The translations under genes and the position numbers were made by a program. The notes below the pieces were generated by a model. That model was given only the letters and a program-made list of their open reading frames with translations, ran no database searches and was not told the DNA's origin. Below, piece by piece: positions 16,927-24,253 of a stretch of DNA of 32,000 bases. This DNA is from Methanococcus maripaludis (GTDB taxonomy: Archaea; AGJL01; Methanococci; Methanococcales; Methanococcaceae): NCBI RefSeq assembly GCF_002945325.1, contig NZ_CP026606.1:1380001-1412000 (forward strand). The letters run 5' to 3'. Position 1 is the first letter of the stretch. Each line of letters starts with the position of its first letter.

Positions 16927-16934
16927 TTTATATA
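16927..16934 (+). promoter_or_regulatory. TATA-box candidate (TTTATATA) for the receiver/histidine-kinase operon
   Basis: A consensus-like archaeal TATA box lies 85 nt upstream of the receiver ATG, in the divergent intergenic region. Confidence 0.45.
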
Positions 16935-16939
16935 TTTGA

Positions 16940-16959
16940 TGTGTGCTCCGAGTACCACA
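16940..16959. promoter_or_regulatory. Dyad TGTG-N12-CACA (TGTGTGCTCCGAGTACCACA), operator candidate
   Basis: It lies 6 nt downstream of the TATA candidate, over the predicted TSS. It shares TGTG/CACA ends, an internal AGTACC and a CCACAA 3' half with the site at 19975..19994. Confidence 0.35.
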
Positions 16960-17018
16960 ACCATCTTTTTTAAATTAAAGGTTTTATAATAACCTAAACC
17001 TAAAATCAGGTGTGCATA

Positions 17019-17378
17019 ATGAAAAAAATTTTAGTAGTTGAAGATGAAGAAGATATATTAAATCTCGTTAGAATTATTTTGGAGATTAATAATTATAAAG
17101 TTATTGTTGCACATGATGGCTATCAGGGACTTGAAATGGTTAAAGAAAATCCTGATCTTATCTTACTCGACATTATGATGCCAGGAATGACAGGATGGGA
17201 GTTTTTAGATAAAATTAGCGCAGATGGATATGATATTCCTGTAATTGTCCTGACTGCAAATGCGCAAATGAGTACTCTCGAAACTGCAATTAATAAAAAA
17301 GTAGATGATTGCGTTGTAAAACCTTTCGATAGGGAAGATTTAATGGAAAAGGTTAACTCTATACTCAATAAAAATTAA
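17019..17378 (+). CDS. Stand-alone CheY-like response regulator receiver (no output domain)
   Basis: Receiver motifs are present: VVEDEED, the phospho-acceptor context LILLDIMMPGMTG, VIVLTAN and KPF. The ~119-aa protein has no DNA-binding domain. ATG at 17019 follows AGGTG by 6 nt. Confidence 0.9.
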   Translation: MKKILVVEDEEDILNLVRIILEINNYKVIVAHDGYQGLEMVKENPDLILLDIMMPGMTGWEFLDKISADGYDIPVIVLTANAQMSTLETAINKKVDDCVVKPFDREDLMEKVNSILNKN

Positions 17379-17405
17379 GGTCTATTAAAGGGTTAGGGGA
17401 TTAAT

Positions 17406-19325
17406 ATGAACACTATACCACCTATTAAACGATTAGGAACTAAATTAATAATTTATTCCATAATCACAGCATTAATTCCGATAGTGATGCTTGGTGCGGT
17501 ATCTACTGACACGATAAATACCGAAATGACCAAACAAGCACAGGAAAAAATAAACGATGATTTAAATACTGCAGAAAGTGTAGTAAATCTCAAATTGGAT
17601 AAGATTTCTTCATTGAATAAGTATATTATTTCAAATGAAAAAACGATTAATATTTTAAAGAATAATGATACGAAAGAACTAAAAACTTTAGCAATATCTT
17701 ATAAAAATACATCTGCGCCGGATTTTGTGGTCTTTTTTGATGGGCAGGGAAATGTTGTTGCAAGATCAAATTCTGATGTGACAGGGGATAATTCTTACGA
17801 AGATCTTTTCAAAAAAGTAGTAAACAGTACCGGATATACCTCGATAGAAGTTCTTGACAAAGATTCCATAAAATACGAAAATGTAGGCGAACTTGTAAAT
17901 ATTGACATAAAAGGAACTGATGATTCTATAGACTATTCAGACAGTGTCCAAGACAGTGCAATGGCTTTGGTATCTATAGAACCAATTTACGATAAAAATG
18001 GAAAACTACTTGGGGCTGCAATGGCTGCCGATATTTTAAACAAGGATTATTCTATTGTTGATACAGTAAAAGATGCCTCAAAAGATGCTACAACCATATT
18101 TTTAGATGGGGTTAGGGTTTCTACTAATGTTCAGGACAACGGCGGAAGGGCCATTGGAACACTTGTTTCAAAGGAAGTTTATAATCACGTTGTTTTGGAT
18201 GGAAAAACCTATTATGGTAGGGCTTTTGTTGTAAATGAATGGTATTTGACAGCTTATGAGCCAATATATGATTCTGATAATGAAATTATAGGAATGCTCT
18301 TTGTAGGAACTCCTGAAAGTAAATTTTTAGCACTTCAGGCAAATGTTAGAAATCAAACATTTGTAGTTGGATTGATCGGGTTATTAATTGCTTTAATTGT
18401 TTCATACCTTATAAATCGAGGAATAATAAAACCACTCGAACAGTTAAAACAAGGTGCTGAATGGGTAAGTAACGGTAGATACGATCAAAAAGTTATTGTT
18501 GATTCAGACGATGAATTTGGTGAACTTGCAAAAGCATTTAACAAAATGGCAACCCAGATCAATATTTCTGATGAAAAATTAAAAAAACACGCAGAAGAGT
18601 TAAAAACATCTTACAATGAATTAAAAGAACTTGATAAGTTAAAATCTGAATTAATTGCGATTGTTTCACACGAATTAAGAACACCACTTACATCCATAAA
18701 AGGTTACGTTGAACTGGTTTTGGATGGAACAATGGGTACAATAAATGATTCCCAGAAAAAGTGCCTGCAGGTTGCAGACGACAACATTGTAAGACTTAGA
18801 AGATTAATTGAGAGCATGCTCGATCTTTCAAAAATAGAGCGTGGAGAACTCGAAATGTATCGAGAAAAGGTAAATCTCAGGGCAATTGTATGCGATGTAA
18901 TTGAATATTTAAAACCTCTTGCTACAGAAAAGAATATTAAATTAAACAAGGAAGTTGAAGATATTGCTATTGAAGCAGATAAGGATAGAATTACTCAAGT
19001 TTTGACAAATCTGATAGAAAATGCGATAAAATTCAGCCCGGCAAATGAATCCATACTTGTAAGTGGTGTTTTAGAAGACGAACACATTCATTTAAAAGTA
19101 ACGGATCGTGGAGCAGGTATTCCTAAAAAAGACATGGAAAAAATATTCAATAGATTCTATCAGGTTGATTCATCAACAAAACGGAAAAAAGGTGGATCAG
19201 GTCTTGGTCTTGCAGTGTGTAAAAGTATTGTTGAAGCACACAAGGGTTCGATATGGGTTGAGAGTGAACTTGGAAAAGGAAGTACTTTCCATATCATTCT
19301 TCCAATTTCTGCAAAAGATCAGTAA
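17406..19325 (+). CDS. Sensor histidine kinase: TM, ~280-aa extracytoplasmic double-Cache-like domain, TM, HAMP, HisKA, HATPase
   Basis: TM1 (LIIYSIITALIPIVMLGAV). Two Cache-like modules ending in EPIYDKNGKLLGAAMA and YEPIYDSDNEIIGMLFVG. TM2 (FVVGLIGLLIALIVSYLI). HAMP (PLEQLKQGAEWVSNGRYDQ...FGELAKAFNKM). H-box (SHELRTPLTSI), N-box (NLIENAIKFS), G1 (DRGAGIP) and G2 (GSGLGLAV). Confidence 0.92.
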   Translation: MNTIPPIKRLGTKLIIYSIITALIPIVMLGAVSTDTINTEMTKQAQEKINDDLNTAESVVNLKLDKISSLNKYIISNEKTINILKNNDTKELKTLAISYKNTSAPDFVVFFDGQGNVVARSNSDVTGDNSYEDLFKKVVNSTGYTSIEVLDKDSIKYENVGELVNIDIKGTDDSIDYSDSVQDSAMALVSIEPIYDKNGKLLGAAMAADILNKDYSIVDTVKDASKDATTIFLDGVRVSTNVQDNGGRAIGTLVSKEVYNHVVLDGKTYYGRAFVVNEWYLTAYEPIYDSDNEIIGMLFVGTPESKFLALQANVRNQTFVVGLIGLLIALIVSYLINRGIIKPLEQLKQGAEWVSNGRYDQKVIVDSDDEFGELAKAFNKMATQINISDEKLKKHAEELKTSYNELKELDKLKSELIAIVSHELRTPLTSIKGYVELVLDGTMGTINDSQKKCLQVADDNIVRLRRLIESMLDLSKIERGELEMYREKVNLRAIVCDVIEYLKPLATEKNIKLNKEVEDIAIEADKDRITQVLTNLIENAIKFSPANESILVSGVLEDEHIHLKVTDRGAGIPKKDMEKIFNRFYQVDSSTKRKKGGSGLGLAVCKSIVEAHKGSIWVESELGKGSTFHIILPISAKDQ

Positions 19326-19362
19326 ATTATTATATTAATTTTTTTAAAATTTTTTAAAGGAA

Positions 19363-19386
19363 AAGTGACATTTTACACTTATTTTT
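19363..19386 (+). terminator. Hairpin AAGTG-(8 nt)-CACTT followed by T5, after earlier T7/T6 runs; terminator candidate for the kinase operon
   Basis: 5-bp stem (19363-19367 / 19376-19380), then ATTTTT. T7 (19339-19345) and T6 (19350-19355) precede it. All of this lies within 60 nt after the kinase stop. Confidence 0.4.
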
Positions 19387-19503
19387 AAATTCAAAGGGGA
19401 ATTGCCTTTAAAAACGATTTTTAATATTTATTTTACAATTTTTATTATTAATATTCAGATAATAAATTATATATATTTTCAAAATCAAAAATATAAATGG
19501 TTT

Positions 19504-19516
19504 TGTGGGGCGCACA
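19504..19516. promoter_or_regulatory. GC-rich dyad TGTG-GGGCG-CACA between the TATA candidate and the ybjQ-like start
   Basis: TGTGGGGCGCACA lies 6 nt downstream of ATATAAAT (19491-19498) and about 19 nt upstream of the ATG. It has the same TGTG/CACA ends as the two N12 dyads but different spacing. Confidence 0.3.
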
Positions 19517-19534
19517 TATATAAGAGGTGTCCTT

Positions 19535-19780
19535 ATGGTTTTTGAAGGAAAGTTTATAATTACTACTGCAGATGACATTCCCGGACTCGGGCTGTACTAT
19601 ATGGGCATAGTCTCTGCAGAATCTGATAACGTAGACGCTATCGTTGAATCTTTAAAAGAAAAGGTACTTGCTAAAGGCGGTATGGGATTAGTTGCTTTTA
19701 GAATTACTCACGCAGATGGTAAATATTTGGGATACGGTACTGCAGTTAAAGCAGACGAAGGTCAGTTTACAATGGCATAA
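19535..19780 (+). CDS. YbjQ/UPF0145-like small protein (81 aa)
   Basis: FIITTADDIPGLGLYYMGIVSAES resembles the YbjQ (DUF74) N-terminal pattern (ttt..ipG..i...G.V.g). ATG at 19535 follows GAGGTG by 5 nt; the ORF-track GTG at 19505 overlaps the promoter region. Confidence 0.6.
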   Translation: MVFEGKFIITTADDIPGLGLYYMGIVSAESDNVDAIVESLKEKVLAKGGMGLVAFRITHADGKYLGYGTAVKADEGQFTMA

Positions 19781-19952
19781 TCTTAATTTTCTACTTTTAT
19801 TTTATTTTTAAAGATGCAGTTACTAAAAATTTCAACCACTTGATGTTAATTACTACTAATTAACAAAAATTATTATTTAATTTCTATAAATTACCCTTTT
19901 TTTGGACTATAACGCAGTATTTAACCTTTATGATATCGTTCCAACCGATAAC

Positions 19953-19963
19953 TATAATATATA
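19953..19963 (+). promoter_or_regulatory. TATA-box candidate (TATAATATATA) for fdhC
   Basis: An AT-alternating box lies about 65 nt upstream of the fdhC ATG. The preceding TAACTATA also occurs in the candidate fdhA promoter (22023-22030). Confidence 0.4.
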
Positions 19964-19974
19964 CTACATACATA

Positions 19975-19994
19975 TGTGGTGTTAGTACCCCACA
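19975..19994. promoter_or_regulatory. Dyad TGTG-N12-CACA (TGTGGTGTTAGTACCCCACA) in the fdhC promoter/leader, operator candidate
   Basis: Same ends and spacing as 16940..16959, with a shared AGTACC core. CCACAA is repeated at 19990-19995 and 19998-20003. The site lies over the predicted TSS. Confidence 0.35.
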
Positions 19995-20024
19995 AGACCA
20001 CAATATTCACATGGAGGTAATATC

Positions 20025-20849
20025 ATGGATGTAAACCCACCTGACAAAATGGTGGAACTTGCAGGAAATGCAGGCCAAGTAAAAGGAAACCTTAGTCCAA
20101 GCCAACTTCTTGTCAGAGGAGTTATGGGCGGTGCTTACATTGCAATGGGTGGTGGACTTGCTACCGTTGTAGGAACAGGAATTGGTGCAGCAATGGGTGC
20201 TGGTTTAGGTAAATTCATGGCAGCCGCAGTATTCCCCGTAGGGCTGATCTTGATTATCTTAACCGGAATGGAGCTAGTTACTGGAGATATGATGTTATTA
20301 CCAGTGGCAGTTTTCCAGAGAAAGGCGTCATATGCACAGTTAATAAAAGTATGGATTTATGTTTACATTGGTAACCTCATTGGTTCCTTAATATATGCTT
20401 CAATGATGGCATTTGGCCCATTGAGATCATTTGATTCAGCGACTGGCGCAGCTAGCGTAAATGCATTTGGTCAATCAGCAATAAACACTGCACAAGCTAA
20501 AGTTTTACCTTACATGGCAGCAGGATCCATGGGTTGGCTTGCAGCACTTGTTAAAGGTATTGGTTGTAACTGGTTAGTTAACCTTGCAGTTATAGGTTCA
20601 ATGGCTTCAACAAGTATCCTCGGTAAGTTCTTCATGATTTGGTTCCCAATCATGGCGTTCGTTGCAACAGGATTTGAGCACTGTGTGGCAAACATGTACT
20701 TTATTCCAACAGGAATGATGCTTGGTGCAACCGTGAGTGTTGCAGACTGGTGGCTTTGGAATATCATTCCAGTAACCATCGGAAACATTATCGGTGCAGT
20801 AGTATTCGTAGCAATGATATACCAATTCGCATACGGTAAAAAAATCTAA
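20025..20849 (+). CDS. fdhC: Formate transporter, formate/nitrite transporter (FNT) family
   Basis: 274-aa polytopic membrane protein with FNT hallmarks (LVTGDMML, GFEHCVANMYFIP). GGAGGT SD lies 6 nt upstream. It is adjacent to fdhAB. Confidence 0.92.
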   Translation: MDVNPPDKMVELAGNAGQVKGNLSPSQLLVRGVMGGAYIAMGGGLATVVGTGIGAAMGAGLGKFMAAAVFPVGLILIILTGMELVTGDMMLLPVAVFQRKASYAQLIKVWIYVYIGNLIGSLIYASMMAFGPLRSFDSATGAASVNAFGQSAINTAQAKVLPYMAAGSMGWLAALVKGIGCNWLVNLAVIGSMASTSILGKFFMIWFPIMAFVATGFEHCVANMYFIPTGMMLGATVSVADWWLWNIIPVTIGNIIGAVVFVAMIYQFAYGKKI

Positions 20850-20850
20850 A

Positions 20851-20877
20851 GATGAAGACTACTAACTTCATCTTTTT
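20851..20877 (+). terminator. Stem-loop GATGAAG-(8 nt)-CTTCATC followed by T5, 1 nt after the fdhC stop (terminator/attenuator candidate)
   Basis: Perfect 7-bp stem (20851-20857 / 20866-20872) followed by TTTTT (20873-20877), immediately followed by the GGTG SD of the next ORF. Confidence 0.5.
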
Positions 20878-20886
20878 GGTGTTAAA

Positions 20887-21420
20887 ATGCAGTTAAACGT
20901 ATCTCTAAGTGATCTAAAAAGACATGCGAAAACCACGCCTTCAGCATTTATTTCGCTGATGATATGCTTGGTATTTACCGCATGGTCACTTTATATCAGT
21001 AGAAATATTTGGATATTAATAATGGCAATTCCATTTATCTTAGGTTTAACATTAATTCCGATTAAAATTTCACAAATGAATAAAGAATTATCTGATCAAC
21101 TTCTCCCCGAATACATACATTACGCAGATGAATACAATATATCGGAAATAAATAAAGATACTTTAAACCAGAGAGTTAAAATCGTAGGAAAATTGGATAA
21201 AATAATATACGGAATATCTACAAAACCAACGATTCGAATTAAGGATGATACTGGAGAGATATTCTCCAACTTAATTTCCCCAGTTCCGGAAGGAATAAAA
21301 AAAGGAGATATTATAGAACTCTATGGGGTTGTAGCTAAACACTACAAATTTTTCGGAATAATGGGTATTCCAAACCTTTGGAAGCCTAAAATATATGGAA
21401 TCGGTGTCCGAAAAATCTAA
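20887..21420 (+). CDS. Hypothetical membrane protein: two predicted TM helices plus a C-terminal beta-rich (OB-fold-like) domain
   Basis: Hydrophobic segments AFISLMICLVFTAWSLYI and IWILIMAIPFILGLTLIPI. The C-terminal segment VKIVGKLDKIIYGISTKPTIRIKDDTGEIFSNLISPVPEGIKKGDIIELYGVV has an OB-fold-like beta-strand pattern; this fold call is by eye only. GGTG SD 5 nt upstream. Confidence 0.6.
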   Translation: MQLNVSLSDLKRHAKTTPSAFISLMICLVFTAWSLYISRNIWILIMAIPFILGLTLIPIKISQMNKELSDQLLPEYIHYADEYNISEINKDTLNQRVKIVGKLDKIIYGISTKPTIRIKDDTGEIFSNLISPVPEGIKKGDIIELYGVVAKHYKFFGIMGIPNLWKPKIYGIGVRKI

Positions 21421-21440
21421 AAATACATGGAGGTTATAAC

Positions 21441-21893
21441 TTGGGAGAAAATGCAAAACCAAAGAAGAAACTCGCAATTGTGACCTGCATGGATACAAGA
21501 CTCGTCAACTTTCTTTCAGAAAAGCTCGGAATAGCTCAAGGTGACGCGAAAGTAATCAAAAATGCAGGAAATATTATAACAGAAGATGTAATCAGGTCTT
21601 TAGTAGTTGCAGTATATCTGCTCGGTGTTGAAGACATTATGATTATTGGCCATACCGATTGTGGAATGGCAGCTGCTGACTTTGAAACAGTCAAGAAAAA
21701 AATGGTAGAAAGGGGTGCAAATCCAAATTTCACACCAGATTTTGAAGCATGGCTTGGCAGAATGTACTGCGAAGAAACCAATGTTAAAGAAGGTGTCGAT
21801 CTTTTGAGAAACCACCCTGCAATGCCCAAAGATATCACCATCGATGGGTATGTAATGGACATAGAAACAGGAGATTTAGTAAAAATAGCCTAA
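21441..21893 (+). CDS. Beta-class carbonic anhydrase (Cab-type)
   Basis: Zinc-ligand motifs CMDTR and HTDCGM with the spacing typical of short archaeal beta-CAs. The start codon is TTG, preceded by GGAGGT plus 6 nt; the nearby ATGs are out of frame. Confidence 0.88.
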   Translation: MGENAKPKKKLAIVTCMDTRLVNFLSEKLGIAQGDAKVIKNAGNIITEDVIRSLVVAVYLLGVEDIMIIGHTDCGMAAADFETVKKKMVERGANPNFTPDFEAWLGRMYCEETNVKEGVDLLRNHPAMPKDITIDGYVMDIETGDLVKIA

Positions 21894-21955
21894 AAAGGGT
21901 AATGTGGATGATGCTTGACCAGCGGACACATCCCGTATCTAACCCATTAGAGTTT

Positions 21956-22036
21956 AACTAGCCAAATTAGCCAAATAGTTCAGATAAACTAGCCTAACTT
22001 TATCTGCCTACAATAATATACTTAACTATATCTACC
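21956..22036 (+). repeat. Direct-repeat cluster upstream of fdhA
   Basis: TAGCCAAAT occurs twice in perfect tandem (21959-21967, 21968-21976). AACTAGCC occurs twice (21956-21963, 21987-21994; 31 nt apart). TAACTTTATCTGCC (21995-22008) and TAACTATATCTACC (22023-22036) match at 12 of 14 positions and lie 28 nt apart. Confidence 0.6.
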
Positions 22037-22107
22037 ATTTTTTGTATTTTAATTTATTCATTTAATCTTATCCGTCATATCATAATTAAAAATAATAGCA
22101 CAAATTT

Positions 22108-22141
22108 GAATGGTGTGAACCGGTTTTTTGGAACATCATTC
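22108..22141 (+). promoter_or_regulatory. Candidate archaeal SECIS element in the fdhA 5' leader
   Basis: Fold by eye. Helix I is GAATGGTGT (22108-22116) paired with ACATCATTC (22133-22141), 9 bp with one G-U. The asymmetric internal loop has GAA (22117-22119) opposite a single A (22132). Helix II is CCGG/TTGG (2 G-C plus 2 G-U). The apical loop is UUUU. The GAA/A loop and this two-helix geometry are the archaeal SECIS signature. Confidence 0.65.
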
Positions 22142-22193
22142 TTTAATTGAACCAAACCTTGCCATTTTATAATTATAAAATGGTGATCGAAAT

Positions 22194-24218
22194 ATGGAAT
22201 TAGACTTCATTCATACGATTTGCCCATATTGCGGAACAGGCTGCGGTGTGGACCTCGTAGTAAAGGATGGAACACTTGTTGGGACCAATCCTTTTAAAAG
22301 ACACCCTGTAAATGAGGGAAAAACCTGTATTAAAGGTAGTTATTGTCACGAATTTGTACACCGTGATGATAGGTTGAAAACTCCATTGATTCGAAAAAAT
22401 GGAGAATTGGTGGAAGCATCATGGGATGAAGCATTAGAACTGATTTCTGGTAAATTACAAAATTATTCCCCTGAAGAAGTCGGATTCTTTTCATCTGCAA
22501 GATGTACCAATGAAGACAACTATGTATTTCAAAAATTTGCAAGAACAGTAATAAAAACTAATAATGTTGATCACTGTGCGAGACTTTGACACTCGGCAAC
22601 TGTGGTCGGTTTAGGGCAAGCCTTTGGTTCAGGTGCTATGACAAATTCAATTTCTGATATAGAAGATGCAGACTGTATATTCATAATTGGTTCAAATACG
22701 TTTGAACAACACCCTTTGATTGCGAGAAGAGTCGTTCGCGCAAAAGAAAAAGGAACTAAAATAATTGTAATAGATCCAAGATACACGCCAACTGCAAAAC
22801 AGGCTGATTTGTACTTACAGTTATTACCTGGTACAAATATTGCAGTGTTAAACGCAATAATGCATGTACTCGTAAAAGAAAATCTTGTTGATGAAGAATT
22901 CATCAAAAACAGGACAAAAGGATACGAAGAACTTAAACAAACGCTTGAAACCTATACTCCTGAGTATGCGTCAAAGTTGTCAGGCGTATCTCCGGAATTA
23001 ATTGTTGAAGCTGCTAAAATGTATGGTAGTGCAAATGCAGCATCAATACTTTACTGCATGGGTATAACGCAATTCACAACCGGTGTAAACAACGTAAAAT
23101 CTTGCTGTAACTTGGCAATGATTACCGGAAATATTGGAAAACCAGGAACTGGTGTGAACCCATTAAGGGGTCAGAATAACGTTCAAGGAGCATGTGACAT
23201 GGGAGCACTTCCAAACGTATTCCCTGGATATCAGGCAGTTCCTGCAAACCATGAAAAATATGCAGAAGCATGGAATACCTGTGTTGATCCAAATGTTGGT
23301 CTTTCGATTCCAGACATGCTTGCAAAAGCTGGAGAACAGGTTAAATGTATCTATGTAATGGGAGAAAACCCAATGGTTTCAGACCCTGACATTCACCACG
23401 TAGAACATGCATTGAAAAGTCTTGATTTATTGATAGTTCAGGATATTTTCTTAACTGAAACTGCACAGGTTGCAGATGTAGTTTTACCTGGAGCTTCATG
23501 GGCTGAGAAGGATGGAACTTTCTCAAACACTGAAAGAAGAATCCAAAAAATCAATAAAGCAGTAGATTCTCCTGGTGAAGCAATTGCTGACTGGAAAATC
23601 GTAAAAATGCTTGCTGAAAAAATGGGTCAAGGAGAATTATTCAACTTTAACACTGCTGAAGAAGTATTCCAAGAAATTGCAAAAGTAACGCCTCAGTATG
23701 CAGGTGTAACTTACGAAAGACTTGGTGTAGATGGACTCCACTGGCCTTGCAAAACTTGTGAAGACCCCGGAACTCCAATTCTCCACTGTGAAAAGTGTTT
23801 AACTCCTGATGGACTTGGAAATATCTTTGCAATAGACTATGCAGACCCTGACGAAATGGCAGATTCGGAATATCCAATGACTCTGACAACAGGTAGGATC
23901 ATTTTCCACTACCACACAGGAACAATGACCAGAAGAAGTAAGCATATGGCTGATGAAATAAACGAAGGATTTGTTGAAATTCATCCGGAAGATGCTGAAA
24001 AGATGGGAATTAAAAACAAACAGAAAGTCAAAGTTTCAACCCGAAGGGGCGAAGTCGTTGTAAATGCGAAAATAACACCAAATATCAAACAAGGTGTTGT
24101 ATTTATGCCGTTCCACTTTGCAGAAACTGCAGCTAACATCTTAACAAATCCTGCTCAGGATCCAAACTGTAAAATCCCAGAATACAAGGTATGTGCTGCA
24201 AAGGTGGAAAAAATATAA
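22194..24218 (+). CDS. fdhA: Formate dehydrogenase alpha subunit (molybdo/tungstopterin), selenocysteine-containing; the in-frame TGA at 22587-22589 is read as Sec
   Basis: ORF-track fragments 22194..22589 and 22602..24218 are in the same frame, separated only by a TGA plus 4 sense codons. The joined product (674 aa) reads ...[30 protein letters not shown]..., the conserved Sec/Cys active-site context of FDHs. The N-terminal CxxCxxxC...C [4Fe-4S] motif is present. GGTGATC SD upstream. Confidence 0.92.
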
Positions 24219-24253
24219 TTTTCCCAAAATCGGGATTTTAAACGAGGGATATC

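Noticed and set aside
19977-20001. GTGGT...ACCAC hairpin in the fdhC leader, considered as a riboswitch or attenuator
   Set aside because: The stem is only 5 bp with a 15-nt loop, it overlaps the dyad/operator candidate already reported, and no T-run follows. It is better treated as part of the DNA-level dyad.
21902-21961. 19-codon ORF (MWMMLDQRTHPVSNPLEFN) and a relatively GC-rich patch just after the carbonic anhydrase stop, considered as a leader peptide or small structured RNA
   Set aside because: The SD spacing is too short (AGGGTA directly abutting the ATG). Only 4-5 bp helices can be drawn. GATGATGC is not a proper C box and no D box follows. There is no support beyond its existence.
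22194-22589. fdhA read as a truncated pseudogene, or as two separate genes (131 aa plus 538 aa)
   Set aside because: Both pieces share a frame and are separated by a single TGA at the conserved Sec/Cys active-site position, with no other disruptions. A SECIS-like hairpin is present in the leader. Recoding is the better explanation.
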